Notes: a model not told the origin generated them from the letters alone. 64,000 bases of DNA from an uncultured Candidatus Saccharibacteria bacterium (GCA_964456475.1 CAYVZI010000004.1:7604-71603); one strand, 5' to 3'; positions 1 through 10,862 are shown, counted from the first letter of the stretch. Numbers and translations are program-made.

Positions 1-2
1 AC

Positions 3-380
3 TCGTTTCACAAAAATGGAGTTGCTGGGGGAGGTGAAGTATTTGACGGCAATGAATTTGTTATCAAAGAAATCGGCCAGATTAAAAAAGAAATTCAGGA
101 CGAGCTCAACCGAATCCGCCAAGAGAAGACTATTCCACTCCATCGCGTAGAAAAGAAAATTCTCGAAGATGGTCAAACGACAATCAAAGTACAATGGCTT
201 CCCGATGAAGCACAAGACAAAAAATTCACCGAGCGAAAAGTAGAGACGGTCACCAAAAAGAAATTATTCAAAAAGATAACGAACACTTCATCAACAATCA
301 AAAATCGTGCAACGAAAATACGAAGTAATACAGCAAAGAAACCAAATAGCGCGGTTGTGTACGATTATTCACAACAGTAG
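3..380 (+). CDS. 3' end of a gene that begins upstream of the window; hypothetical protein (partial)
   Basis: Frame open from window edge to TAG at 378-380 (hand translation ...VIKEIGQIKKEIQDELNRIRQEK...); Lys-rich tail; followed by hairpin + T-run. Confidence 0.3.
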   Translation, partial: SFHKNGVAGGGEVFDGNEFVIKEIGQIKKEIQDELNRIRQEKTIPLHRVEKKILEDGQTTIKVQWLPDEAQDKKFTERKVETVTKKKLFKKITNTSSTIKNRATKIRSNTAKKPNSAVVYDYSQQ

Positions 381-385
381 CAACA

Positions 386-424
386 AAAAAACTTGAACCT
401 AGTGGTTCAAGTTTTTTTGTTGCT
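386..424. terminator. bidirectional rho-independent terminator (aacttgaacc-tagt-ggttcaagtt flanked by A/T runs)
   Basis: Perfect 10-bp inverted repeat with A-run upstream and T-run downstream, between convergent genes. Confidence 0.5.
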
Positions 425-427
425 AAT

Positions 428-1525
428 TTAATGAGCACCTTGTGTTTTTTCTCGTTCAGTTTCACGCTTTGCATTCCAATGATCCATTGCCTGATCGAGC
501 GTTGCTGGATTTTCTGACATCATTGTTTTTACAAACAAGAAATTAGGGTCCGTGCGAAAATCGATTGGATCGTGTGGACCACCGCCATTTGTCCAGGATT
601 CGACTTCATTCATTTTGCTTTCAAGAAAGACGAATTTCTCTTGAACTTTCTGCCAAGTGCCGAGGTCCATGCGCCTCCAATTCTTCGCGTCCTCGATCCA
701 TCGATAGAATCGCATTGTGTTGTTCTGAATAAAAGCACGAGGATCTCCAGTCATCTCCTCGAGGTCTGGTCCAATCCCATTGTAAAAAATTTCGGCTTGT
801 TTCTCGGGAACACTCTCTTCTCCGACATCCATACTCGGTACTGGTGCCCGACCAGCAAAACCCCGAACACCTTCTTTCGATACACGAGGTGCATTTTCTA
901 TAATTATTCGCGGTCTTTTGATTTTGCCAGTAGCAAACAGGCTCGTTTCTTTTATTACAGGAATATCTGAGTTTACAACACCAAGATTTTTGGGGGCGTT
1001 CTTTCGAGGAGCGTTCGGAGAGGGGAGGATTTTAGTATATCGAATCGTGTCACCCTTTTTGCGAACAGCTTCAAAATCTTGCTCAAAGCTACCATCTTCG
1101 AGCTTTCTTGTTTGAGTTATCTTCAAATCCGGTTCTTTAATATCGATAGATGTTGTCGGTTCTTTGAAATATCCTTCATGGAACACGACCGGACCACCGA
1201 CTTGTGGACCAAAAATGTTGTTGACTACAGTATCGCCATTTTGAATATCGGTATATCGAACCCCTTCGGCAATTGGCTTACCATTCTGGGTAATATCTTT
1301 ATAACCCGAAACATCTTTTGTAGTTATCCATTCATTGTGAGCATTTTTCTTTTCTGAATGAGCCACATCTCCGCTCTGTGTTTGGGCGTCGGCGTTCATT
1401 CCGGCAAAAGCAGAAAGAGCTGCGAGACCAAGAGTCTTCAGCTTGTTTGTTTTAGTAATTTTGGAAGCAGGAACGCCAGGCGTTCCGAGTTCCTCTTCTT
1501 TTTTTGGATTCCAAGATTCTTGCAT
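428..1525 (-). CDS. secreted hypothetical protein (signal-peptide-like LKTLGLAALSAFAGMNA near N-terminus)
   Basis: 365-aa ORF; hydrophobic signal-like segment after a charged N-region; no recognisable catalytic motif. Confidence 0.45.
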   Translation of the reverse strand: MQESWNPKKEEELGTPGVPASKITKTNKLKTLGLAALSAFAGMNADAQTQSGDVAHSEKKNAHNEWITTKDVSGYKDITQNGKPIAEGVRYTDIQNGDTVVNNIFGPQVGGPVVFHEGYFKEPTTSIDIKEPDLKITQTRKLEDGSFEQDFEAVRKKGDTIRYTKILPSPNAPRKNAPKNLGVVNSDIPVIKETSLFATGKIKRPRIIIENAPRVSKEGVRGFAGRAPVPSMDVGEESVPEKQAEIFYNGIGPDLEEMTGDPRAFIQNNTMRFYRWIEDAKNWRRMDLGTWQKVQEKFVFLESKMNEVESWTNGGGPHDPIDFRTDPNFLFVKTMMSENPATLDQAMDHWNAKRETEREKTQGAH

Positions 1526-1676
1526 ATATATAGTATACGGGAGAGGGAATTACATTCAAAATAATTCCTCTTTTTTACATTTATATTATATAATAAATAT
1601 GATATACTGTCAAAGACAGTATACTTCATACTATGTATTTGTAACCCTTGTTGATATACTTATCATAGACACAACC

Positions 1677-3383
1677 ATGATAAATCCAAAAAACAGAATG
1701 GAAAATCTTACTCCACCTGCACTACGTGCAGACATGTACGAGCCAGTCGAACGCCCTTCTTTCAACAACGAGCGTTTTTTACCAAGCATCACGGGCAGCA
1801 AAAGAACCCTTACTGAAGGTGACTCTATCATTTTGCCAAAATCTATAACAGACACATTTCGACTCGACGAAATGAAAACTGCCAAAACAACTATCGGCAA
1901 AATAATTGTCCGCGACGACGGAATTACAATTCAAGTAATCATCAACACAGAGGGAAGTCCAATCACACGTGAATTTCCTGCAACAGATCCACTCTTTGAC
2001 CTTGGAGAAATTCCAAAGAGTTTCGGATTAGAAACCAAAGACATTACTGAAGCAAGAGAACTATCTTACACAGAAAAACGTGAACAACTGCTCGAAAAAA
2101 GCCAGGCTCTTGCCATAAGAGAAGCTGAAATCCGTAAAGAAATAACAAAACTCCAAGAAACCTTAAACATAACCTCAGGTGAGGTTGTTCCTGCTACTCC
2201 AATACTAGTTGAACAAAAAATGTCTCCGGCAGAGAAACTAGAGCGTAGGAATAAGCTCTATGGAGAAGCATGGTCTGTTATCAAAGAAAAAGGTATTGAC
2301 CGTATTGTTATTCATGGAAGCAGAGTCAAATACAACCCTACAGAATCAGAAGAGTCACTTGGGAAGACAGTTGCAAAAAACGAAAAAAGAGAACCTCTCA
2401 AAAAAGGAGATTTTGTTGATGTGATCGAACCTGACCTTGACGTAGAAAGTGCACTCTGGCTCCTCAATCTTAAAGATACAGAAAACAAGCCTCTTATCAA
2501 AATAAACGAAAATGCATACACTGAATCTACAAAAAAAGGTAACAGTGATATCAAAAAAACCACACCAGGACAAGTAGTCATTCACATTGATCGAGGCGGT
2601 AAAGACTTTGAAATCGAAGTCATTGATGGCGTGACACATATTTATTGTGATCACCACACAGAGGAGTTTGGAGACCCAACTTCAGCGACAGAAATTGTCG
2701 ACAAAATTATGTCGCGGGGGGAAGAATACCAGAATGTCAAAAAGGTAAAACCATGGATTGAGAATTATGTTTCATACGTCACCGCAATGGACAATTTGAG
2801 TTATGTTACTGCTACCGTACCGGGAGGAAAAAAAATGTTTGACAAAAACACATTTCTGCAAAAATGGCCTGGATCACTTTTTGCAATAGGAAATGCAATG
2901 AGCGTTGCCGAGATACAACGCTCATTCAGATTAAATGACAGTCCATGGAGACCAGAGCATGACATAATCAATACCAAAGAGATCGTGGAAAAGAAAAAGA
3001 CTGATGCACAAGCCGCATTATACGGAGCTGAAGAAGCAAGAAAAAGAGCAATAGAGAATGGTATCCCCGAAGAAACTCCCGAGATGGGAAAGCTTGTCTA
3101 TCATAGTTTTTCTCGAAAGGGTGGCTTGAATGTTATTCCAGACAAGCTCGGATTTATTGCAACACAAGCAATGGGTTGTGACACATTTATTCATTTCAAT
3201 CCTGAAACCGGCGGTTTTCGTATCAATTCATCAAAAGACATTACTCCTATTGCAGAACGTTTGAAAGAAATTTATCCTGGACTCGTCGTAGTACGCGGTG
3301 TTATGATTTTTCCTCCAAACAATCCCAAATTATTAAAAAGCATTTCCGAGGAACAGTTTTTGCACGCACTTGGATTGAAATAG
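1677..3383 (+). CDS. hypothetical protein with central coiled-coil; possible DHH-like motif (YCDHH)
   Basis: ORF track 1443..3383 trimmed to the in-frame ATG at 1677 (MINPKNRMENL...), because the upstream extension overlaps the divergent gene and promoter-like AT-rich region. DHH assignment is weak. Confidence 0.45.
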   Translation: MINPKNRMENLTPPALRADMYEPVERPSFNNERFLPSITGSKRTLTEGDSIILPKSITDTFRLDEMKTAKTTIGKIIVRDDGITIQVIINTEGSPITREFPATDPLFDLGEIPKSFGLETKDITEARELSYTEKREQLLEKSQALAIREAEIRKEITKLQETLNITSGEVVPATPILVEQKMSPAEKLERRNKLYGEAWSVIKEKGIDRIVIHGSRVKYNPTESEESLGKTVAKNEKREPLKKGDFVDVIEPDLDVESALWLLNLKDTENKPLIKINENAYTESTKKGNSDIKKTTPGQVVIHIDRGGKDFEIEVIDGVTHIYCDHHTEEFGDPTSATEIVDKIMSRGEEYQNVKKVKPWIENYVSYVTAMDNLSYVTATVPGGKKMFDKNTFLQKWPGSLFAIGNAMSVAEIQRSFRLNDSPWRPEHDIINTKEIVEKKKTDAQAALYGAEEARKRAIENGIPEETPEMGKLVYHSFSRKGGLNVIPDKLGFIATQAMGCDTFIHFNPETGGFRINSSKDITPIAERLKEIYPGLVVVRGVMIFPPNNPKLLKSISEEQFLHALGLK

Positions 3384-3417
3384 AAGATAGCATATTGTTT
3401 TTATCAAACATACAAGC

Positions 3418-5448
3418 ATGAACTCACTCGAAAATAATAAAAAAAATACCAAGCAAGAAAACGAAAACATACAAAAGTATCGTGCACTTAATCCTGTGGT
3501 TCGAACTGAGGTCAAAAAGGAATCTCCGGAGGAAGTCCGATTGAAAATTGAGCTTCTCGAGAAAGAACTCCGCACTGTCATCGCCGAGCAAAATATTATT
3601 GCAAACTACATCGAAAACGGAGACAAGGCACGTGTTGAATTCAATCAAGCACTTACAAAGCTCACCGACCGCGACGGGGAACTTGAGCAACTTTCGTCAA
3701 AACGAACCATTCTCGAAAGCGAACTTCAAGAAATCAAATCTCGGCTTGTCGAACAAGAGGAATTACACCACCATGGACGTGGTGATATTCTTGATTTGTA
3801 TGTTGATGAATACGAAAACCTTTTGAAGCAAATCAAAAAAGAAAAAAAGAAAGGTAAAAACGAAAACCCAACCATCACGAATGCCTTGGAAGAAAAGTCT
3901 CAATTGCTGTACAAACTGACTGAAGAATTACAACTTCCGGTAGAAGAATTAGAAGATCGACTCAACACACATCACTTAATGAAGTGGTTTATTGTTGAAA
4001 ATTTTTCTGAACAGACAAAAGAAAATATAAACCTTAAAGAATGGGCCTACGTTGAAGAAGATTTTTTACCTGAGCACATTGCGACTCTTTGTGAGACCGA
4101 AAAAGCCACTCAAAAAAATCATTTTACTGTCTCATTTATGCTTGGAGGCTTGCAATTGCAATTGGTAAACCCAAGTCAGGCAAGAAATGAAAAAGGGGAT
4201 ATTGACGTTCTGCATCCAGACGCACTTTTTAATGTTGTTGATGCCGATGATATGGTCATAAAAGCTGGCAACAATATACCTCTTCCGCAAGCCGAAAACC
4301 TTATGGAAATGCTCGCAAAAGAGCACGGGGAACAAACAATAAAAGCATTCGATTCAATTTCTGACAAAGATGCATGGAACGAACAAAAGATACGAAGGCT
4401 GGAAAAAGATATCGACGCAAAAATAGTAACGTATGCTCTTGCCGAACAAGAAATTACTTCATCAATAGAAAAAAATGGGTCTGCGGAAGATATTGAGAAG
4501 TGGTCACTTATTCAATCCAAAGAACTCGAGGCAAAAAATTTAGCAAAACAAGCTGTCCGTGAAAAAATTGAAGCTGACCCTATAATAGAAGCCATCAACG
4601 ATGAAATTGAAGCAAAGCAATACGAGCTGGACAAGAATCGTCACGAGATGGTCACTATAAATGCGCAGATTAAAATGCTCTCTAAAACAATAGAGAAGCT
4701 TGATTCTCTCTATCACTACGACAAGGAAGATTTCTCAACAACACCTGAGGACTACGGGCAAAAACATCCACAAAGAGTGGGGCCGGGGATATATCGACAA
4801 CATACGGCGCTAGTTCGCCCAAAGCGAAACATCTCGGAAGACGAATTGAAAATGCGCGCAGAGGGAATAACAGCGACAAGAGAAGAAATGCAAAGTGACA
4901 CTGACTTTCTTGCCGAACTCGAGCGACGCACACAAAACCGTATGAATATAGCCCAGGGTTTGCCTCCCATGTCCGAAGACGAACTCAAAAATGTACCAGC
5001 CAAAAATGTGGAATCTCCAATAACGCAAGCACCCGGATTATCTCCCGAAGAAAAAGCCGAAATCCAAAAACAAATAGACCAAATTGAAAAACGCAGAGCG
5101 GAACGCAAGATAGCAATAGAAAAGTTCAATAAGGATTTTGAAGAAAAAATAAAAGCACTTGAGGATCAATTAAAAAAACTCGAAAAAGAAAAAAACGAAG
5201 ACCGGCTGGGCACACTAAACAAGATGTACGAATTTTTGAAAGACTACGAAATTATTTCAAACGTTCCCATCGAAAAACAAATTGATATCCCAAAAGAACA
5301 ATTAGTAAAGATTGCAGAAGAGCTCAAGTACAAGAACGTTGAGACAATGCTCGGAGGAATCTCATTCGGCACGAACGAAAGCATTGCTAAGGCAAAAAAA
5401 GATCTCATTCAAAAAATAGAAAAAGTACTACCTGCTAACAAAATCTAG
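3418..5448 (+). CDS. large Glu/Lys-rich coiled-coil protein, hypothetical
   Basis: 676-aa ORF, long heptad-like E/K-rich stretches, no enzymatic motifs. Confidence 0.5.
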   Translation: MNSLENNKKNTKQENENIQKYRALNPVVRTEVKKESPEEVRLKIELLEKELRTVIAEQNIIANYIENGDKARVEFNQALTKLTDRDGELEQLSSKRTILESELQEIKSRLVEQEELHHHGRGDILDLYVDEYENLLKQIKKEKKKGKNENPTITNALEEKSQLLYKLTEELQLPVEELEDRLNTHHLMKWFIVENFSEQTKENINLKEWAYVEEDFLPEHIATLCETEKATQKNHFTVSFMLGGLQLQLVNPSQARNEKGDIDVLHPDALFNVVDADDMVIKAGNNIPLPQAENLMEMLAKEHGEQTIKAFDSISDKDAWNEQKIRRLEKDIDAKIVTYALAEQEITSSIEKNGSAEDIEKWSLIQSKELEAKNLAKQAVREKIEADPIIEAINDEIEAKQYELDKNRHEMVTINAQIKMLSKTIEKLDSLYHYDKEDFSTTPEDYGQKHPQRVGPGIYRQHTALVRPKRNISEDELKMRAEGITATREEMQSDTDFLAELERRTQNRMNIAQGLPPMSEDELKNVPAKNVESPITQAPGLSPEEKAEIQKQIDQIEKRRAERKIAIEKFNKDFEEKIKALEDQLKKLEKEKNEDRLGTLNKMYEFLKDYEIISNVPIEKQIDIPKEQLVKIAEELKYKNVETMLGGISFGTNESIAKAKKDLIQKIEKVLPANKI

Positions 5449-5452
5449 TCAT

Positions 5453-8400
5453 ATGGAAAAATCAATACAATCTCAAATAGATGAATTGAAAGCAGACCAT
5501 GCGAAAAAAATGGGCGATTTTATAGAGGCCGACGCAAAAGACGCCGAGATGTCGGCATCACTCCAAGAAAAACTGAACGAGGATTCAGTCGGGAGAGTTG
5601 TCGAACTTCCTCCACTTGTTGATGAATCAGCACCAACAAAAAGCTGGTTTGATACGATCAACGAAGAATATGATAGAAAAAAGGGACATTCTGCATCAAC
5701 TCCTGACTCTGGCTCTGTTGCAGCATTTGCACCAGAGCCAATACACAAACCTGCTTCAACTGCCAGCGAATCAATAAAAATTCCAGCTGGCTCTTTACGT
5801 TCACCAGAGACACCTGAAAGCCAGCCACAAGCCGAGTATGAGAGCTTCAAACAAGACTTCGTTAAAAAACACGGGGCAAAGGGTGGCCTCAGCACTATTT
5901 TTGACACGCTTGAATACCATCAGGATTTCCTTGACCTTTCACCGGGCAAAAAGATGCTTGTCGCACAGTCAGTGATCGAGGACTTGCACACAAAAGTCAA
6001 AACTGAAGCGCAAAAGACTTTTCAAAAGAAAGCTACTGAATCAACCTGGATGGGAAATGTTCCTGTTGTCGGCTGGCTTGGCAAAAAACTCAAAGCAGTA
6101 GCGTACGGACTCAACAAGAATGCGCTAACAAAAAAATACGAGCAAAACGCTCTCATGGATATGACATACATGAGCGACGGAGATTATATCAACGCGGTTG
6201 GTCAAAAATACATCAGAGGATACGCCGAGCAGAACCTCGATGCGATTTATCGCGGCAACGGAAAAGTGGAAATCGACTTCGCAAAGACAAAAGAGTTTGG
6301 CGAGAGCGATGCCGCAAAAGTATACAATGAGGCAGCTAATGTATTTGCTCGCATTCCACAGGCATGGGGCGTAGAAAAAACCGCCACAAAAGAACAGTAC
6401 CGTGCATGGCACAAAGCCAAAGTTAATTTTGATGATGCCGCGAACCTAATGACTCCACTATTCCGAGATCACGCAAAAGAAGGAGAGTTCAACAAACACA
6501 TGCAGGGAGCAATTGATGCCAACTTTGCGAAGCGACAAGTAGAATTCTTTTCCTTTATTTCTCAGAATCCTGACACTGCGAATGAACTTCGAAAAACTGC
6601 CACAAGCAACGGAATCACCCGAACCCTTGATTCATTAAAAAAATTCGGCCTTTCCTACACAAACTGGAATCGCATTGCCTCCTTGGTGACCGGTGCCGGA
6701 GTGCGCGTCGGAGTGGGGGCAGGGGTGAGTACAGCACTTGCAGGTACAGCTCTCGGTGGAGCAATGATAGCCGGAGCACCAATCGTGATTGGAGCTATCG
6801 CAGCCGCGGCGGCCGGAGGAACAGTAGGGTATTTCTTCCGCGGAGACAAGATTGCCAAGGATCGATTCAAACAGCAGGCAATCGACGCACGCACTGGGGA
6901 ACTCTCACTCAAAGCTCGACAAACACAGCCGGGTACACTCGCATCGGTTAGTCGTATCAAACGACGCACTGAACAAATGCAGAAGCTTACGAAAAAACTT
7001 TCGGATCTTGGTGCAAGCGACGGAAGTGCAATCGAGGTTGCCGAACTCTCAAACCAGCTTCAAGTTCATTTGAATTATATAAAACAAAAAATTGAGGATG
7101 GTGAAATGAACTTTGGCGATGCAGATAGTCAATACACAAACTATGTGAGCCTGATGATGGCACAGCAAGAAGCCGATATTGCACTTTCAATGACTGCTCG
7201 TAATTATTTTGGTTTGAGGTCGGATGCCGAGAGGGAAGAATTTGACTCGCTCAAGAAAAACGATAACAAAAACGATCGCCGTCTAGACTTGCTATCCGAA
7301 ATAGAAACGAAAGGAATAACGGCAGTAGAAGAAGCTCGAAAGGAAGCAGTCAAGATACAAAAAAAGGAGAGTGCACGAATTGGAGCACTCTTTGGAGCAA
7401 TCGGTTCATATGCTTCGCAATGGTTTTATTCTACTGACGCCGGACATGCAGTACGAGAAGCTACACAAGGAGTAGTCGGAGCAGTCAAAGGGGGAGCAAG
7501 TGTAGTTGAACCTGAAGTAAAACATATTCCATCAGCTGAGACCGCACATACACCAACAAATACTTCAACACAAAATATTCCCGCCCACAAAATCGAAACA
7601 GGAAAGCCAAGCCCAGCACCAGGAAGTGTCGCACGCGATTATGAACAGCCTACAGACGCTCCCGGAACAGGAGGCACTAAAATTGAAACTGCTCCAAATA
7701 AGATTACCGAGGGTGATATTGAAAACGCATTCACAAAAATCAAAATCAAAAAGGGTGAAGGAATGGGTGATGCACTACTCAAACTTCGCAATACTCCTTC
7801 GTTCAAAAATCTCATCAAGACCAATCCGAATGTAGCAAAATTCTTCCAAGGAAACATTTGGGAAAAAGCCGAGGCTCTCCATGCCTTCCGTCCAGGGAAC
7901 ACAGAAGGAGACAGTCTTGTAATCGGTGAAGGTTCAGAAATCGGTATCACCAAGAACGGAGATATCTTTGTCAAAAATACACAAGGTGGTGGCAAGACAC
8001 AAATACTTGGTCATATTGATCCTCAAACGGGAAAATTCAGCGAAGTATCACCAGATGATACTTTCCAGTATCGAAATCCGAAACAATATACACCTGCTGA
8101 ACGTCCCGTTCAGGCGACAGAGAATGAGTCACCTCGCCCTCAAAATGATGAAGAAGGTCCAGATAGTGTATTGAAACCATACCCGCACAATAAAGAAGAG
8201 GGACCAGTGGGTGAAAAAAATACAAAGCCAGAACAAGAAGTAAACGAAGAGGGACCGGATAGTGTCAAAGAACCCTATCCACACAACGGAGAAGAAGGTC
8301 CAGATAGTGTATTGAAACCATACCCTCACAATCGTGAGGAAGGGCCAGTAGTAGAAAATACAGCTCCTCAAATAAAGAATACGGACAATTTCACAAAATC

Positions 8401-8743
8401 TGATTGGAATCGCGTGCACAATATCTCATACCGAGATATGCACAACGATTTGAATCAATACTTTGGAAAACGAAATCTCATAGGAGAACCTTCTGGAGGA
8501 GAAAGATCTCTCATTTACAAGAGCCTTTCAAATCGAGATGCGGGATCGATCATGAAGCATTTCAAACAACACAGCAATGAATTCAAGCCGGAGGTGCAAA
8601 AGTTCTTGAAACACATACAAGCACTATCTGTAGCACATTCGCATATTTCTCCTGCTGGAAAGTTTGGACAATATATAGAAAATCTCTACAAGGCAGACGC
8701 AACAGAATTTGTCGCAAAGAATCCAAATTCTGACCCGCGATAA
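5453..8743 (+). CDS. very large hypothetical protein with a Gly/Ala-rich hydrophobic segment and C-terminal tandem EEGPDSVLKPYPHN repeats
   Basis: 1096-aa ORF 5 bp after the previous gene; hydrophobic GAGVRVGVGAGVSTALAGTALGGAMIAGAPIVIGAIAAAAAGG; three to four EEGP(D/V)...PYPHN repeats. Confidence 0.5.
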   Translation: MEKSIQSQIDELKADHAKKMGDFIEADAKDAEMSASLQEKLNEDSVGRVVELPPLVDESAPTKSWFDTINEEYDRKKGHSASTPDSGSVAAFAPEPIHKPASTASESIKIPAGSLRSPETPESQPQAEYESFKQDFVKKHGAKGGLSTIFDTLEYHQDFLDLSPGKKMLVAQSVIEDLHTKVKTEAQKTFQKKATESTWMGNVPVVGWLGKKLKAVAYGLNKNALTKKYEQNALMDMTYMSDGDYINAVGQKYIRGYAEQNLDAIYRGNGKVEIDFAKTKEFGESDAAKVYNEAANVFARIPQAWGVEKTATKEQYRAWHKAKVNFDDAANLMTPLFRDHAKEGEFNKHMQGAIDANFAKRQVEFFSFISQNPDTANELRKTATSNGITRTLDSLKKFGLSYTNWNRIASLVTGAGVRVGVGAGVSTALAGTALGGAMIAGAPIVIGAIAAAAAGGTVGYFFRGDKIAKDRFKQQAIDARTGELSLKARQTQPGTLASVSRIKRRTEQMQKLTKKLSDLGASDGSAIEVAELSNQLQVHLNYIKQKIEDGEMNFGDADSQYTNYVSLMMAQQEADIALSMTARNYFGLRSDAEREEFDSLKKNDNKNDRRLDLLSEIETKGITAVEEARKEAVKIQKKESARIGALFGAIGSYASQWFYSTDAGHAVREATQGVVGAVKGGASVVEPEVKHIPSAETAHTPTNTSTQNIPAHKIETGKPSPAPGSVARDYEQPTDAPGTGGTKIETAPNKITEGDIENAFTKIKIKKGEGMGDALLKLRNTPSFKNLIKTNPNVAKFFQGNIWEKAEALHAFRPGNTEGDSLVIGEGSEIGITKNGDIFVKNTQGGGKTQILGHIDPQTGKFSEVSPDDTFQYRNPKQYTPAERPVQATENESPRPQNDEEGPDSVLKPYPHNKEEGPVGEKNTKPEQEVNEEGPDSVKEPYPHNGEEGPDSVLKPYPHNREEGPVVENTAPQIKNTDNFTKSDWNRVHNISYRDMHNDLNQYFGKRNLIGEPSGGERSLIYKSLSNRDAGSIMKHFKQHSNEFKPEVQKFLKHIQALSVAHSHISPAGKFGQYIENLYKADATEFVAKNPNSDPR

Positions 8744-8799
8744 CTGCAACTCTCCAAAAAAATTACTCCCCTAAATCAGCTTGCGCTGATCGGGCGAAC

Positions 8800-8840
8800 A
8801 AAATTCCAAACATAAAATGTTTGGAATTTTGTTTTAGCCA
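8800..8840 (+). terminator. rho-independent terminator (caaaattccaaacat-aaa-atgtttggaattttg + T-run)
   Basis: Perfect 15-bp inverted repeat followed by ttttag, 57 bp after the 5453..8743 stop. Confidence 0.55.
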
Positions 8841-8860
8841 AACACATTTTTTTGTGCGGT

Positions 8861-8898
8861 AATTACTAAACCCTAGACCCTAAACCCTAGACCCTGTA
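8861..8898. repeat. C-rich telomere-like tandem (ctaaaccctagacc)x2.5; four CCC runs (G4 / i-motif potential on the complementary strand)
   Basis: Read directly: ctaaaccctagaccctaaaccctagaccctgtatc immediately upstream of uvrD; inverted relative of 19323-19356. Confidence 0.8.
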
Positions 8899-8911
8899 TC
8901 ATGAATTACTC

Positions 8912-10831
8912 ATGAACACTCACGACCTCTCTCATCTCAACCCCGCACAACGCGAAGCCGTACTCCATACTGAAGGACCGCTTCTTATCGTCGCAGGTGC
9001 TGGTGCTGGAAAGACAAAAACACTCACTGAGCGCATCGTACATTTAATTTTGGGTGGCGTTTCACCCGCACAGATCCTCGCAGTGACATTTACCAACAAG
9101 GCTTCAGGAGAAATGAGGGAACGAGTTGAGGGAGCTCTCATCAAAAACCGAATCGAGGGTCTTCCGACTGTCACTACTTTTCACAGACTCGGTGGAATGA
9201 TTATCCGAGAGAATGCTCATTATTTTGGTCTCACAAAACATTTCAGTATTTTTGACGAAGACGATGCCAAGAGCATCATTCGTGAATGCATGCGTGAATT
9301 CGGCATTGATCCAAAAGTGCTGGATCCAAAACGGGTGAAGCACATCATTTCTACTGCCAAGATGGCGGGGGATACGCCAGACACAATGTCAGATAAAATC
9401 GCGAGCCAGACCGAAAGCGACGCTGTGCGCATTTGGCGAAATTACGAAACAAAACTGCATGCATCAAAAGGAGTGGATTTTGACGACCTTATCGTCAAAG
9501 CAGTCCGATTGCTCGAAAAGAATTTAGAAGTTCGCACAATGTACCAAAAGCGGTTTCAGTATATTCACGTAGATGAATACCAAGACACGAACGAAATGGA
9601 ATACCGTATGGTGAAATTGCTCGCTGGAGAAAAAAAGAATATCTGTGTAGTAGGCGATACCGACCAAAACATCTATAGCTGGCGCGGGGCAAAGATAAAA
9701 AACATGCTTCATTTTGAAAAAGATTTTCCTGGCGCACACACAGTCTTCCTTGAACAGAATTACCGCTCTACTTCACGCATCCTCGACGCAGCAAACGCAA
9801 TTATTATCAAAAACACCGTTCGTATTCCAAAAAATCTGTTTACCGAACTTGGCACAGGTGAAAAACTTGTGCGCTATGAAGGATTCAGCGAAGTAGACGA
9901 AGCGGCATTCGTCGCCCGCGAATCAGAAAAATTGATTGCATCTGGAATTCCTCCGGAAGAAATCGCCGTACTTTTTCGCGCAAACTTCCAATCCCGCGCG
10001 CTCGAAGAAGCATTCCTTTTTGCCGATGTTCCGTACCGTGTTCTCGGTACACAATTCTTCGAACGCATGGAAGTCAAAGATATCATTTCGTATATTCGTG
10101 CTGCACTCAATCGTGACTCGCTTGCCGACTTAAAGCGCACCATCAATACACCAAAGCGTGGAATCGGTGATGCATCAATTGCAAAGATATTTGCCGGCAT
10201 GAGGGATACGCTCACCCCAAAAACACAAATTGCTTTTTCAAACTATGAAAAAATTCTCGATGCAATCAAAGAAGCAAGTGAGCAAGAATATCCATCATCA
10301 CTCATCCGATTTGTATTGGAACGCACAGGACTCAAAGAAGAGTACGAAAGCGAAGGTGAGCAGGGAATAGAACGTGTCGAAAACGTGGGAGAACTCGCAA
10401 CACTCGCATCCATATATGACACACTTCCTCTTGGTGAAGGTGTTCTCAAATTTCTCGAGGACGCAGTGCTTCGTTCCGATCAAGACGCACTGCGTGATTC
10501 ACCTGAGGGTGTTCGCATGCTCACCGTGCATGCATCAAAGGGGTTGGAATTCCGCGTAGTTTTCGTAGTAGGTCTTGAAGAGGGACTCTTTCCTCATGAG
10601 CGTTCGAGTCGTTCGACCAAAATTGAAGACTCTGAAGAAGAGCGCAGACTATTCTATGTGGCAGTCACCCGTGCAAAAGAAAAGCTCTATCTAGTCAATG
10701 CGCAAGCGCGCACTATTTTTGGACAACGCAATATTGCACTCCCTTCACAATTCCTCTACGACATACCCGGTGAACTCATCGAAATGCATTCGGATATTCC
10801 TCAATCATTGCCAAGCATCTACTTCGACTAA
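8912..10831 (+). CDS. uvrD: ATP-dependent DNA helicase, UvrD/PcrA/Rep family
   Basis: Walker A AGAGAGKTKTLTERI; DEYQDTN motif; full SF1 helicase layout, 639 aa. Confidence 0.85.
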   Translation: MNTHDLSHLNPAQREAVLHTEGPLLIVAGAGAGKTKTLTERIVHLILGGVSPAQILAVTFTNKASGEMRERVEGALIKNRIEGLPTVTTFHRLGGMIIRENAHYFGLTKHFSIFDEDDAKSIIRECMREFGIDPKVLDPKRVKHIISTAKMAGDTPDTMSDKIASQTESDAVRIWRNYETKLHASKGVDFDDLIVKAVRLLEKNLEVRTMYQKRFQYIHVDEYQDTNEMEYRMVKLLAGEKKNICVVGDTDQNIYSWRGAKIKNMLHFEKDFPGAHTVFLEQNYRSTSRILDAANAIIIKNTVRIPKNLFTELGTGEKLVRYEGFSEVDEAAFVARESEKLIASGIPPEEIAVLFRANFQSRALEEAFLFADVPYRVLGTQFFERMEVKDIISYIRAALNRDSLADLKRTINTPKRGIGDASIAKIFAGMRDTLTPKTQIAFSNYEKILDAIKEASEQEYPSSLIRFVLERTGLKEEYESEGEQGIERVENVGELATLASIYDTLPLGEGVLKFLEDAVLRSDQDALRDSPEGVRMLTVHASKGLEFRVVFVVGLEEGLFPHERSSRSTKIEDSEEERRLFYVAVTRAKEKLYLVNAQARTIFGQRNIALPSQFLYDIPGELIEMHSDIPQSLPSIYFD

Positions 10832-10862
10832 TGTTGGTGTGTAGTGTAGGATACAAAGAGAT

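Noticed and set aside
1443-1676. N-terminal 78-codon extension of the 1443..3383 ORF
   Set aside because: Overlaps the divergent 428..1525 gene and an AT-rich promoter-like region; the in-frame ATG at 1677 gives a more plausible start.
2580-2660. DHH phosphoesterase call for the 1677..3383 protein based on YCDHH
   Set aside because: Only one of the four DHH motifs is recognisable; kept as hypothetical.
8100-8360. Near-identical EEGPDSVLKPYPHN DNA repeats considered as a second DGR VR/TR pair
   Set aside because: The repeats are in-frame tandem protein repeats within one gene; their differences are not adenine-specific and no second RT is nearby.
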